A stretch of 64,000 nt of DNA from Minisyncoccota bacterium (GTDB taxonomy: Bacteria > Patescibacteriota > Minisyncoccia > Phycocordibacterales > UBA2100): positions 8,557 to 72,556 of the forward strand of contig JALHPE010000004.1 of the NCBI GenBank assembly GCA_022842645.1. The letters run 5' to 3'. The first letter of the stretch is position 1. Each line of letters begins with the position of its first letter. Positions 1-9,991 of this stretch are shown in pieces. The position numbers and the translations under genes were made by a program. Below the pieces are notes generated by a model that did no database searches, was not told the origin of the DNA, and saw nothing but the letters and a program-made list of their open reading frames with translations.

Positions 1-12
1 CATCGGCTAACC

Positions 13-1980
13 TTACAACCACTTCTCAAGTCGCTCAAGTGCGAGCCAAAATCCTTCACCTCCATTCTCGTGTCCTTGCCAGATCTCAGGAATGAATGAT
101 GCCTTTGGTGCAGCACGTTTTAGGTCGTAACCAAGCTGTTTGAAATCGATTGTTCCTTCACCAATCTGAAGCCCTTCTTCGCCAAGACCTGCCCCATCTG
201 CGATGTGAAGGTGCGTGGTGTACTTACCGAGTGCATTTACATATTCCGTGAGAGTTTTGCCAAGATGATTTGCTGCAAGATATGAATGTGATGTATCGAA
301 ACACACCCGATATCCATATGCTTCACAAAATTTCGCCGTTTCTTGGTCATCAACGAAAAGATTGTGGAACATTTGCCCACCAAGAAGCCAAGGATATGGG
401 GGCATGGTCTGGATCACAATCTCAACCCCCTCTGTATCGAGCATGCGTAGACTCTCTGCGACACGACGATACATATCTGCACGAGCGCTTTGTGGGAGCG
501 GACGCTCTCTTGTAAAACCCCCCGCATTTACTATAAGGAGCGGACGTGCAGTGCGCGGGAAAAATCGCTTCAGTGCACGAGTGTGGTCAATGCACCTTTG
601 CAGGTTACGCACCGATTCCGCACGATACCCTTCGTCGAGAGATGCGAGGTTGAGGATATGATCGTTCTCGAACGTCTCAACCCCATGCACAACAAGCTCG
701 ACGTCATATTGCCCTGAACACACCGATGCAGGATTGATTGCAAGATCCCGATAGCTCATGTGAAATTCAACGAGATCCGGCTTCGTCCGCACGATCATGT
801 CTTTAAAGTCGTGGAACCGCACGGGTACACCCCACGGACGCTCAAACCGATATTGCCGCGGAGCAAGTGTCCGATCGAGTAGATCACTCGCATGAAAGAC
901 ATCCCCCGCCTTGAGAGCCCGACGCGCTTTTTTACCTATAAGCTCAGGCTTGCGATGAGGCTGAAGACCTCGCCCAGGACTTTTAACGTCAAGCGCGTTC
1001 TCCGTGATCACCTCCCCTTCGTGAATATCGCGTGCGGCAACAATGCTTTTTGCAAGATTCGCACGATTCATGCGCTCACCCTGAGTCATACTCCGCACGC
1101 GCGATGAACCAAACGACGCCTCAACCTGACGAATCGCTTCGACTAGCTCTTTAAATTCGTGTGGAAGTAGCGACGCCTTGTGATCAGTTCCCTCCATGTC
1201 TCGATCAAGTGTGATGTGCTTCTCAATTATTTTTGCACCACGTGCAACTGCGGCAACGGCAACATAAATTCCACGCTCATGTCCCGAGTAACCGTAAAGC
1301 GCCGTTCCTAAACGATCCATGAGTTGCAATTGAATGTCCTGAAATGGTGTGGGGTAGGTCGAGTTGCAATGCATGAGAATGTACTTAACGCCCAATCGTC
1401 GAAGCAGGCGGTTTGCGGCAACTATTTCCTCCTGATCAGCCATGCCCGTTGATACGATCAGCGGCTTCTTAGTTTCAGCGAGCGCTTTGATGAGGTCGTG
1501 ATTGGTGAGATCTGGGGAACCAATTTTGTAGACTGCCATCCCGTACTCCTGCAATCTCTCTACACTTGCCGTATCAAATGGGGTGCAGAGCGGAAATAAT
1601 CCCTTCTCTTTTGCATAATCAAAAAGCGCGACCAATTCTTCGGGAGGAAGATGCACCTTGGAGAGAAGGTCGAGTGAATATTGTGTCGTGAGATTTTGTC
1701 GCGCATCACTTGCATCGCGCGATACATAGAGCGAATCCAGATCGCGCATTTGAAATTTCACTGCATCCACACCTGCCTCAGCGGCTTTATCAATAAGGGC
1801 GCGAGCGAGCTTAGGATCTCCGTTATGATTAATGCCAACTTCTGCGATGATGAATACGGGCTCATCTTTTCCCACGTAGCGTTTCCCGAGCTTGATACGC
1901 TCGTACCGCGGATACAATGCGAATCGTATCCGCCGAAAAAGACGTTTTGGTAAAGAAGAAAGTATGCGCAGGTATGTCAC
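13..1980 (-). CDS. NeuB-like nonulosonic acid (N-acylneuraminate/pseudaminate-type) synthase fused to a C-terminal xylose-isomerase-like TIM-barrel (sugar phosphate isomerase/epimerase) domain
   Basis: 655 aa. The N-terminal ~350 aa carry the NeuB signature IIAEVGINHNGD plus a SAF-like region. The C-terminal ~280 aa resemble AP-endonuclease-2/xylose-isomerase-like TIM-barrel proteins. The gene is last in a neuA-kdsC-neuB minus-strand operon. Confidence 0.72.
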   Translation of the reverse strand: MTYLRILSSLPKRLFRRIRFALYPRYERIKLGKRYVGKDEPVFIIAEVGINHNGDPKLARALIDKAAEAGVDAVKFQMRDLDSLYVSRDASDARQNLTTQYSLDLLSKVHLPPEELVALFDYAKEKGLFPLCTPFDTASVERLQEYGMAVYKIGSPDLTNHDLIKALAETKKPLIVSTGMADQEEIVAANRLLRRLGVKYILMHCNSTYPTPFQDIQLQLMDRLGTALYGYSGHERGIYVAVAAVARGAKIIEKHITLDRDMEGTDHKASLLPHEFKELVEAIRQVEASFGSSRVRSMTQGERMNRANLAKSIVAARDIHEGEVITENALDVKSPGRGLQPHRKPELIGKKARRALKAGDVFHASDLLDRTLAPRQYRFERPWGVPVRFHDFKDMIVRTKPDLVEFHMSYRDLAINPASVCSGQYDVELVVHGVETFENDHILNLASLDEGYRAESVRNLQRCIDHTRALKRFFPRTARPLLIVNAGGFTRERPLPQSARADMYRRVAESLRMLDTEGVEIVIQTMPPYPWLLGGQMFHNLFVDDQETAKFCEAYGYRVCFDTSHSYLAANHLGKTLTEYVNALGKYTTHLHIADGAGLGEEGLQIGEGTIDFKQLGYDLKRAAPKASFIPEIWQGHENGGEGFWLALERLEKWL

Positions 1981-2011
1981 AGACCTACTCTATCGGAAAA
2001 AACACGTTGTG

Positions 2012-2575
2012 TCAGGCAGGTGGAAGCGTTGCTTCATCCAGACCTCGCGCGTCGAGAACACGCTCAGCAAATTCACGAATGGCGCCGTCGCCGCCAGAAG
2101 ACGAGAGCAGGAGGTCTGCTCGAACCTTCGCAACACGGCGCGCGTTTGAGGGACATACAAATAATCCCGTTTTCTGTGCACTCTCAACATCATCACGATC
2201 ATCACCGAAATAGACGCATGTGTTCCATGCGTACCCACGCGCGCTAAGCCAGTTTTCGATAGAAGACATATCCTTTCCACCCATAAACGACACTGGCTTC
2301 CATGCCCCTGAACGAACCGAGGGTAATGCGTTAATTTTCTCTACGATACTTTTCAGTGGCTCGGATTCTGTTGCAAGAAAGGCAACCTCAATTCCCATAG
2401 CACGCAAAAAAGAAAGCCCTTGCCCATCATGCAGATGCCGCTCTTTTCCTACGACGACCTCGCCTGAGGGTAACACCATCCGAATTTCTTCACCTGTAAA
2501 CCACACTCCGTCCACGTCGAGGAGGAGCACTGAGAATTCTTTTAGAAATGCTTCATGAGACATACTTACTCCCAT
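2012..2575 (-). CDS. HAD-superfamily KdsC-like sugar-acid phosphate phosphatase
   Basis: 187 aa with a DxDGV motif (LLLDVDGVWFTG), typical of KDO-8-P/Neu5Ac-9-P phosphatases. It sits between NeuA-like and NeuB-like genes. Confidence 0.62.
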   Translation of the reverse strand: MGVSMSHEAFLKEFSVLLLDVDGVWFTGEEIRMVLPSGEVVVGKERHLHDGQGLSFLRAMGIEVAFLATESEPLKSIVEKINALPSVRSGAWKPVSFMGGKDMSSIENWLSARGYAWNTCVYFGDDRDDVESAQKTGLFVCPSNARRVAKVRADLLLSSSGGDGAIREFAERVLDARGLDEATLPPA

Positions 2576-3324
2576 ACACGCTCGCCGCGCGCCTCGAGCT
2601 CTTTAATAATCAACTCTGCGTAGGTAAGGTCACGCGGGGAATCGATATCAACATCACGCCATTTGTCGAATTGAAGCGGTAGTATTTTCGAACCACTCAT
2701 GGAGCCATCACGAATCACGTGCGGTCGAATGACATCCACATACCCTGAATGTCGCCAAATAACAGGAAGTTTTTGGCGCGGCATGTTGTAGGGCTCTGCA
2801 TGCTCGGAGTAAAAATCGCGATATTCTTCGCGCAAGATCGGCTCAAGAAAGGGTGACTCATCGCGCAGACGATACATTTTGAACGGAGTATGATGTGGTT
2901 CACAGATGGAGCGTACCGACTCCGCTTCTGGATTTTTGAGAAGCAATTCAATCCCCGCATCGATGTGCGCTGCTTTCTTAAGGGGTGTTGTGGGTCGCAA
3001 ATGAACAACCACTTCGGGAACATAACCCTCGTTTTTTTCAAGCCATTCAAGTGCATGCTGAAACACCGGAAGATCAAGTGTGTCATCCTGTGCAAGCTCT
3101 TTCGGACGCATGAATGGCACTTCAACACCAAGAGCCCGAGCTGTCTCCGCCATTTCTTCGTCGTCAGTTGAAATAATGAGGCGTGTTATATGTTTTGCAC
3201 CTTGTGCGGCTTTAACAGTGTAAAAAAGAAGTGGATTCCCCGCGCACGGCGCGATACTTTTTTTTGGGATAGATTTCGAGCCGCCACGAGCAACGATGAC
3301 GGCAAGTACGTGTGGTTTTTCCAT
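2566..3324 (-). CDS. neuA: acylneuraminate (CMP-nonulosonate) cytidylyltransferase, NeuA/PseF-like
   Basis: 252 aa with an N-terminal VIVARGGSKSIPKK motif, characteristic of CMP-NeuAc/CMP-KDO synthetase-family cytidylyltransferases. Confidence 0.78.
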   Translation of the reverse strand: MEKPHVLAVIVARGGSKSIPKKSIAPCAGNPLLFYTVKAAQGAKHITRLIISTDDEEMAETARALGVEVPFMRPKELAQDDTLDLPVFQHALEWLEKNEGYVPEVVVHLRPTTPLKKAAHIDAGIELLLKNPEAESVRSICEPHHTPFKMYRLRDESPFLEPILREEYRDFYSEHAEPYNMPRQKLPVIWRHSGYVDVIRPHVIRDGSMSGSKILPLQFDKWRDVDIDSPRDLTYAELIIKELEARGERVWE

Positions 3325-3380
3325 GCGTCCATCATAAACCCGCTCAATGGTTATGATACTTGTGTTATATATATATATTG

Positions 3381-3389
3381 TGGTATAAT
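3381..3389 (+). promoter_or_regulatory. extended -10 element (TGgTATAAT) preceded by a (TA)6 tract, in the divergent intergenic region between neuA and the transporter
   Basis: tatatatatatat at ~3367-3379, then TGG TATAAT about 35 nt upstream of the ATG at 3424. Confidence 0.4.
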
Positions 3390-3423
3390 TTTCTCTAGAG
3401 GCAACAGATGGAAAGGTCCTGCT

Positions 3424-4413
3424 ATGGAACTGCTTGCAATAGCCCTCACCCTCGTCGCCGTCTTAGCGATGACGGCCGAAACGCTCTACCGGAAACACTT
3501 GCTCGTGCAAGGTTTTACCGAGCGTGAACTCCTCGTTACCAAGTGTGGCGTTGCCGCGCTTTGGTGCGTGATTTGGCTGGCGCTTGCCGGAGAGTGGTGG
3601 AACTCGCTCGCACCAGAAAAGACTGATGCACGTATGTGGTGGATTGCGCTTGTCGCGACGACACTCGCAAACATCGTGATCCAATTCGCAAACATGCGCG
3701 CAACGCGGCTTGCGGAAGTATCGTTCGTAGTGCCGATTAGTGCACTCACACCTGGACTCGTCGTACTCTCGGGATTTCTCATAGGAGAAATACCGAGCAT
3801 GATTGGGCTTCTTGGCATCGCACTCATCGTTCTCGGTACCTACGCGCATGCGCGCGAAGGTGCAACGCTGCGGGAATATTTCACTCCCCTCTTTTTCTGG
3901 CTTGCGTTCCGCAAAACGGACGAATTGCCGGAAAAGGAACGCGATCGTTTTCGCGCTCTGCGGTGGGCATACGCCGGCGCACTTTGTGCAACGGTCGGCC
4001 TCATGGGCGATGGACTCGTCGCGCGGCATGGTGACATGATCCTTGCCGTTGCTATTGAGCTCTCGGTTCTCGCGCTTGTATATGCACTGTTTCTACCGCG
4101 AAGCGGAGGATCGGTGTTCAACCTGCGGCGATGGGGACAGAGTGCGATTCTCGGGTGCTTGTTCGCAGTGCCGTTTCTGGCACTCGGTCTTGCATTCCGA
4201 CTCGCGCCCATCTCCTACATCGGAAGCTTGAAACGCCTTGCAATTGTTCTCACGGTTCTTGGCGGCATCTGGCTTCTGAAAGAAGCGTCCGGTGCGAGGC
4301 GCATCTTCCTCGCACTCGTGATCGTTTCGGGAGCTATGCTCTTGGTGCTTGATCCGACACAGGCGGTCGTGCTCGATTCACTCGATGCATACATTGCACG
4401 ACTTGTGTATTAA
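3424..4413 (+). CDS. EamA/DMT-family membrane transporter (10 TM, two repeats)
   Basis: The ORF track starts at 3190, but a hydrophobic two-repeat DMT-like protein begins at MELLAIALTLV (ATG 3424, with ggaaagg upstream). It is followed by a terminator. Confidence 0.55.
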   Translation: MELLAIALTLVAVLAMTAETLYRKHLLVQGFTERELLVTKCGVAALWCVIWLALAGEWWNSLAPEKTDARMWWIALVATTLANIVIQFANMRATRLAEVSFVVPISALTPGLVVLSGFLIGEIPSMIGLLGIALIVLGTYAHAREGATLREYFTPLFFWLAFRKTDELPEKERDRFRALRWAYAGALCATVGLMGDGLVARHGDMILAVAIELSVLALVYALFLPRSGGSVFNLRRWGQSAILGCLFAVPFLALGLAFRLAPISYIGSLKRLAIVLTVLGGIWLLKEASGARRIFLALVIVSGAMLLVLDPTQAVVLDSLDAYIARLVY

Positions 4414-4423
4414 GAAGAAAGGC

Positions 4424-4452
4424 AAAAGGCGATCCTCACGGGTCGCCTTTTT
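4424..4452. terminator. bidirectional rho-independent terminator
   Basis: The stem GGCGATCC...GGGTCGCC is followed by TTTTT. It lies between convergent genes ending at 4413 (+) and 4459 (-). Confidence 0.6.
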
Positions 4453-4458
4453 ATATGA

Positions 4459-5454
4459 CTAGTGGGTTGTATCCCGCCCAAACTGCTCCACAAGCGACAT
4501 ATTGTTTTTGTACCACTCAAATGTTTTTTGTAATCCGTCTTTTAAGGGGAAGCGATAGTGCCAATTCACAACATTCTTGGACTTCTCCATCGAGAGATGT
4601 TCAAGGTCATGTCGAGTGGTGGCCGCTGTTCCAATCACTTTCGGTTCAATCGCCTGTCCAGAGACTTCAATGATCGTTTTCACAAGCTCGAGCACACTTA
4701 CCGATTCACAGGTGATATTAAATGCTTCACCGCGAACCCCATCGTGATGGGCTTCTTCTGCAAGGCGAATATACCCCTCAACCGTATCCTCAACATAGAG
4801 ATATGCTTTAGTGGGTGTACCGTCTGATTTTATTACTGGCTGCTCCCCCTTTAACAGAGAAAGGATTGTTGAGGTGACAACATGTGTGAGGTGGTAGTCT
4901 CCCCCACCGTAGGTGTTCGTCTGCCGACACGCCACCGCATTCATCTTCAAGGTTTTGCCGTATGAGCGGACGATGACATCGGTGCATACTTTTGAAGCTG
5001 CATACGGGTGGTCACCATTAAGCGGAGCATCTTCGGTCGTCGGAAACTGCGTCTGCTCGCCGTAAACTGTGTTCGATGATGAGGCAACAATCCGATCAAC
5101 GCCAGTTGCACGAGCTGCTTCGAGCACCGTCCATGTGCCACGCGCGTTCACATCAAATGTGTGCGAAGCGGCTGCCTCTCCAACCTCAATCATCGATTGT
5201 CCTGCAAGATGGAAGCAGACACTGACCCCGTGCGTTTTGAACGCAGTCTCAAGTGCAGGCTGATCAAGAATACTCCCCTTAATAAAGGTGATTTTCTCGG
5301 CAAGCCCGGGATGAAGCGGAAGCGCGCCAGTCTCGCTCAAGTCAAAGCCAATCACTTTTGCACCCCGCTCCAAAAGTTTCTCAGCGAGCCAACAACCGAT
5401 AAACCCGGTAAGCCCAGTAATGAGCACTGTTTTGTCTTTCCAAAAATCATTCAT
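4459..5454 (-). CDS. NAD-dependent epimerase/dehydratase (SDR), CDP-/NDP-hexose 4,6-dehydratase-like
   Basis: 331 aa with an N-terminal TGLTGFIG Rossmann motif and YxxxK chemistry. Confidence 0.72.
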   Translation of the reverse strand: MNDFWKDKTVLITGLTGFIGCWLAEKLLERGAKVIGFDLSETGALPLHPGLAEKITFIKGSILDQPALETAFKTHGVSVCFHLAGQSMIEVGEAAASHTFDVNARGTWTVLEAARATGVDRIVASSSNTVYGEQTQFPTTEDAPLNGDHPYAASKVCTDVIVRSYGKTLKMNAVACRQTNTYGGGDYHLTHVVTSTILSLLKGEQPVIKSDGTPTKAYLYVEDTVEGYIRLAEEAHHDGVRGEAFNITCESVSVLELVKTIIEVSGQAIEPKVIGTAATTRHDLEHLSMEKSKNVVNWHYRFPLKDGLQKTFEWYKNNMSLVEQFGRDTTH

Positions 5455-5495
5455 AGCAATCAGCCGATTATATGTGGAGAGTCTGAAAACACCAA

Positions 5496-6290
5496 CTACC
5501 GCGCACGTTTACGCAGATGATACACTCCCGTGACCCCGCCATGCGGTGTTGAGCGTTCAAAGGGTACGACATGTGTCTCAATCCAATCGATATAGTCTGC
5601 AATCCGCTCTGGATGATTGGGGAGCTTTGAATCGCGCAGCACGTTTGGGATACGGCGCCGGAAATCCTCAACTAATCGCATGCCATGTCCCCAATCATGA
5701 TCAACGGTTTTCCACGAGAGTGTCATGCCGAGTTTCTTCGCCCATGCAGTGAACTCGACTGGAGAAAGGTAGTGGATGTCAGCGAGCGTAATTTTTGCAT
5801 GAAAAAGGCGCCAGAGCGTCTGTAACATATATCCGCGGGGGTTGAGCCAGTTGGGGCATGTGAGAAGGAGTGAGCCGCCCTTTTTCACATGGCGACTAAG
5901 GGTGCGTAACACGGTGAAGGGATTGTCGGTATGCTCAAGAGTACCCATCGAAATGACGACATCAAACAGGCCTTGCACACGCGCAAGATCCATTACTTCG
6001 TAGGAAAGGTTTGGGTGTTTATATTTACCGCGGGCAACCACAATCGCTTCAGGTGAATAATCTATCGCGAGCACGTGAGCACCTTTCTTTGCAATTCGAT
6101 ATGCAACTTCTCCTGTGCCACATCCAACATCAAGAACCACCTTCCCCTTCCAGGACGTCTCAGCAAGAATTGCTTTCTTATCATTAGTTAACCCTCCTTT
6201 TGAAAAGATAAGGCGTGTATAGTGCGCATCCTCGCCTTTTTTGTACGCAGCATTATATATTTTTTTAACACTCTTATTGGTACGGGTCAT
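5496..6290 (-). CDS. class I SAM-dependent methyltransferase
   Basis: 264 aa with motif I VLDVGCGTGE and an acidic motif II (LAIDYS). Confidence 0.78.
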   Translation of the reverse strand: MTRTNKSVKKIYNAAYKKGEDAHYTRLIFSKGGLTNDKKAILAETSWKGKVVLDVGCGTGEVAYRIAKKGAHVLAIDYSPEAIVVARGKYKHPNLSYEVMDLARVQGLFDVVISMGTLEHTDNPFTVLRTLSRHVKKGGSLLLTCPNWLNPRGYMLQTLWRLFHAKITLADIHYLSPVEFTAWAKKLGMTLSWKTVDHDWGHGMRLVEDFRRRIPNVLRDSKLPNHPERIADYIDWIETHVVPFERSTPHGGVTGVYHLRKRAR

Positions 6291-7633
6291 GATGATTTTT
6301 GTATTATGTGTTCAGCTACTCGACGACCCGACTCCCCTATCTGCCCAACGAGTTTCTGAATTATGTTCTTTCTACCTAACCCATGCAAGGAGGGGTTGGT
6401 GAGGTACTGCTGCACATACTCAATCAATTCTCCGGCGCTGCGCGCCACGGTCATGCCCCCGGAATCGACCAGTGGTCGCATGTGATCATACGTATAGTAT
6501 CGTATACACGATAATTCTGGTGGGAGTGCCGCGTTTCCATCGAATCCTATGGATATAAGCGGCACATCAAAAATTGCACCTTCGATATTGAGGGTCGAGA
6601 CCGTGCTCACCAGTACGTCGGCATGAGCAAGCGAGTTTGCCAAGTGCACAATATCAGCATCGTTAAACTCCCATGAAATTAAGCTCCCTGAAACTTTCGT
6701 ACCCGGGCGATCGATAGAGACAAACGGTCGCCGAGGTACACGCGAACTATCAAATGCATATTTAGGATGAGGCCGCACAAGGATATGTACCTTGGGAAAA
6801 CTGGCATCTTGGTCGATATGCGCAATGAGTTGTGTGAGTACTTCTTCATCGTGTGGCGCCAGTTGGTGTCCCGCAGCAGCATAGAGCACAATCTTGTGAC
6901 GAGGATCAATGCCAAGTCCGGCACAAAAATCTTGACGAGTGTGTATAACGCTTTTTGTGGAGTAAATGTCAAATTGAGGAAACCCTACCACCTCCACCTT
7001 CTCACGCGGATATCCAAAGAGTCCGATAACTTCTTCTTTCATGAGCGCGTTCTGCACCATCATCCAGTCAGGAAAGATATTGAAGAATGTTTTTGAAGTA
7101 AGATTATCCCAACTTTTCGGCATCCCAATACTCACGACGCCGTGACGACGCGCACTCTTGATGAGACGAAAATCTTCTTCCGAAATCATATTCGGCACAA
7201 ACACCGCGCCTGGTGAATAACGAGCAAAAAATAAATCGAATGATCTATCGGGCGCGCATGTGTATATCCACCGCATGATGACATGTACAAGCCTGAATTG
7301 ACCTGCATACCAGGCTAGCACCCGAAGCCAGTATTTCAGACGCCCCCCACTGTTTGCAAAGCTGAAATTTATTTTTGCTCGCACGGTGTGCGTATGCAAC
7401 ATACTTAACGCAAGCACATTGAACATGCGCTCAAACCGCGGCGAGGTCGCCTTTGGAATCACCTCAACACACACCGTATCACTTGCATACAAACGCTTAT
7501 AGTATTCACATTTCTCTTCTGAAACGAAAAGTACAAGGTTAAAACGGTTCTTCAAGATCGTGAAAATATCCGTGCGCAACACATTCTTCGCTATTGCACC
7601 GTCGTATATAGTAATGAAGAGTGTTTTTCTCAT
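6287..7633 (-). CDS. hypothetical protein, possible GT-B-fold capsule/nonulosonate transferase (HP motif)
   Basis: 448 aa with no clear family match from sequence alone. A VRPHPKY (HP) motif and its position next to the NeuA/NeuB module suggest a TagF/sialyltransferase-like GT-B protein. This is speculative. Confidence 0.3.
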   Translation of the reverse strand: MRKTLFITIYDGAIAKNVLRTDIFTILKNRFNLVLFVSEEKCEYYKRLYASDTVCVEVIPKATSPRFERMFNVLALSMLHTHTVRAKINFSFANSGGRLKYWLRVLAWYAGQFRLVHVIMRWIYTCAPDRSFDLFFARYSPGAVFVPNMISEEDFRLIKSARRHGVVSIGMPKSWDNLTSKTFFNIFPDWMMVQNALMKEEVIGLFGYPREKVEVVGFPQFDIYSTKSVIHTRQDFCAGLGIDPRHKIVLYAAAGHQLAPHDEEVLTQLIAHIDQDASFPKVHILVRPHPKYAFDSSRVPRRPFVSIDRPGTKVSGSLISWEFNDADIVHLANSLAHADVLVSTVSTLNIEGAIFDVPLISIGFDGNAALPPELSCIRYYTYDHMRPLVDSGGMTVARSAGELIEYVQQYLTNPSLHGLGRKNIIQKLVGQIGESGRRVAEHIIQKSS

Positions 7634-7651
7634 AGTGAAAACACTATACTC

Positions 7652-8995
7652 CTATCGCATCGGTGCCCAGAGACGTTGTTTGATACGAGAGATGAGCATT
7701 TTGTCATATTCGTCATAACTCACTATATCGCGAATACTAATGGTGAACGTCGGATACAGTTTTCGCAAAGCACGGTATCGTTCGAGCGTAAAAAGGACGG
7801 CAGTGGCTATGTACTCACAGACAACTCCATAAATTCCGAACAGTGGCATGAGCGCACCACCTAATACCCCTACGAGGACAAACCGAACGAGCTGTGAAAA
7901 GAACAGATTCCGCTGGGCTTTGCGTATATAAAACATTGTTTGGAATACCGTATTTATACTTGATGGTATAAGAGAGAAAACAATAAGCGCAAACACAGGC
8001 AACATGGCACCATAGTGAGGGAAGAACGTATTAATAAGCATTGGTACCCCTACAAAACCCAGAAGTATCAGTAGCACGGCGAGTATGAACTGATACTTCA
8101 TTGTTTTATCAATAATCTTGAAAAACAGAGTCTCGTTCCGCACATAACGAGGAAGAATGGGGGCAACGACAGAATTGATAGTCAAAAACGATGAGAGTTG
8201 CCCCACGACCCCCTGTGCCACCGCAAATAACGCAACAGCCTCTGTTCCAACAAAGATTTTTATGAGCCAAAGCCGGAAACTTCGAGTAACCGAATCAAGA
8301 TAGTTAGAGACGAGCGTCCACATATTGTGACCAAAGAAAAAACGATGTAAAGCGAGTCTTCCTTCAACGGGATGTGAACGAAGCATACGCACCCATCGCA
8401 CCGTACGGGGAGAAAGCGCTACAATCGACGCTACCTGGGCAAACACATACGACCACAACACCGCCGCAATACTCATGCTATCCAAAAACAGGGCGCTCAC
8501 AAGGAACACAAGCTTGAACGCCTCCTGTAAAAATGTAAATACTGCGATCATGGAAAGATCGAGATAGACGTTATATAAGATTCGCATCACAATCGCACAA
8601 GGTGCGGAGAGAAATAAAAATGACAATATAACAAAATATGAACCAATCTCTTCAGTAAAGAAGATCTTCATGAGATTGGATCCGAAGAAGAGCAGTGCCC
8701 AACCCGCGAGCGAACAGAGTGAGAGGAGAAGAAAGAAATCGACAAACAGGCGCCGCGCCGCGCCCGCGCGCCCGCGCCCATACTCAACACCCATATCTGC
8801 AGTTACTGTCTTTTCCAAACCTGCAAGTTGGAAAATACTAAGCGCCCCCACAACTGAAAGCGCGAGTTCAGTAACGCCATACGCGTACGGAGTCAATCCC
8901 GCAAGAACTATGATGCTATTGGTTAATGCAACGCACTTCGTGAATCCATTTGAAACAAAAAAAGAGAGCCCCCCACGCTCTATAAGCGAACGCAT
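7652..8995 (-). CDS. Wzx-like polysaccharide flippase (MOP superfamily)
   Basis: ~12 predicted TM segments and 450-470 aa. The likely start is MRSLIERGG (8995); the longest ORF extends to 9058. Confidence 0.55.
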   Translation of the reverse strand: MRSLIERGGLSFFVSNGFTKCVALTNSIIVLAGLTPYAYGVTELALSVVGALSIFQLAGLEKTVTADMGVEYGRGRAGAARRLFVDFFLLLSLCSLAGWALLFFGSNLMKIFFTEEIGSYFVILSFLFLSAPCAIVMRILYNVYLDLSMIAVFTFLQEAFKLVFLVSALFLDSMSIAAVLWSYVFAQVASIVALSPRTVRWVRMLRSHPVEGRLALHRFFFGHNMWTLVSNYLDSVTRSFRLWLIKIFVGTEAVALFAVAQGVVGQLSSFLTINSVVAPILPRYVRNETLFFKIIDKTMKYQFILAVLLILLGFVGVPMLINTFFPHYGAMLPVFALIVFSLIPSSINTVFQTMFYIRKAQRNLFFSQLVRFVLVGVLGGALMPLFGIYGVVCEYIATAVLFTLERYRALRKLYPTFTISIRDIVSYDEYDKMLISRIKQRLWAPMR

Positions 8996-9081
8996 ATGTG
9001 CAGGTGGCTGTTCTAGGTGTTGACTTGGATTTTGCACCATTACGGGCGATGGTACCATGAAGAAATAGTCGATGATATAAT

Positions 9082-9990
9082 GTGAAATCTATGCACGAAT
9101 CAACAGTCTCATCCTTCAGCCCCTACCAATTACTCTTGCGAGCGTATTTTTCAGTTAGGAATTCATGGCCGATATGGTACGGCGTGCTTAATCGTGGGGC
9201 GCGTACACAATTTGCACAACACACACCATCTCTCAACACTATACAAACGACTATCTTGCAAAACCTTGAGCGCGACGGTATTGCCTTCACCTCCCTTGAG
9301 CAACTATTCCCGGGGCAACAGGCACTCGAAACGCTACAACACTACACCACAACTTTGGAAGAACGCGGCGCTGCAAACACCAAGAAAGAATTTTTGTTGC
9401 CCTACTGGGAACTTTCACCTCACCTTGATACAACAAACCCCTTTCTCACATACTCCCTTTCTCCAATCGTCCTCGATATTGTGAATTCATACGACCGTAT
9501 GTGGCGCCGTCTTAATTACTACTCGCTCGCAAAAACTGTCCCCATAGGAGAAAAAGCGCCGCAGTTCTCGCAGCGATGGCATCGTGATAACGAAGAGAAA
9601 CGCATGGTGAAATTCTTTATTTATTTGAACGATGTTGACTCTGAAGCCGGACCCTTTACCTACGTAAAAGGATCTCAATTCAAGGGCGCGAAGTACGGTA
9701 CACTCTTCCCACAAAAACTACCCTTGGGCGTTTACCCCCCATCAGGAGCAGTCGAAAAAGCGGTACAAGCGGAGGACATTATCAAAGCGACGGGCACAGC
9801 GGGAACTGTTATTTTCTGCGATACTGCCGGTCTCCACCGAGGAGGGCATGCAATCAGTAAGCATCGTATTATGTTTACCGCTTTCTACCCTTCTAGTTGG
9901 TGGACGGAATCTCCACGATATGTCATGACTGAGGAGGTACAAAAGAGCCCGCTCTCGGAAGAGGCGCGGTACGCACTTTTTTTAAAGTGA
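9082..9990 (+). CDS. phytanoyl-CoA dioxygenase (PhyH) family 2OG-Fe(II) oxygenase
   Basis: 302 aa with WHRDNEE...FTYVKGSQ...GTVIFCDTAGLHRG, an HxD...H-type cupin layout. Confidence 0.55.
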   Translation: MKSMHESTVSSFSPYQLLLRAYFSVRNSWPIWYGVLNRGARTQFAQHTPSLNTIQTTILQNLERDGIAFTSLEQLFPGQQALETLQHYTTTLEERGAANTKKEFLLPYWELSPHLDTTNPFLTYSLSPIVLDIVNSYDRMWRRLNYYSLAKTVPIGEKAPQFSQRWHRDNEEKRMVKFFIYLNDVDSEAGPFTYVKGSQFKGAKYGTLFPQKLPLGVYPPSGAVEKAVQAEDIIKATGTAGTVIFCDTAGLHRGGHAISKHRIMFTAFYPSSWWTESPRYVMTEEVQKSPLSEEARYALFLK

Positions 9991-9991
9991 G

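Noticed and set aside
3190-3423. N-terminal 78-aa extension of ORF 3190-4413
   Set aside because: The extension overlaps the NeuA gene on the opposite strand and the promoter region. The hydrophobic DMT-like protein starts cleanly at the ATG at 3424.
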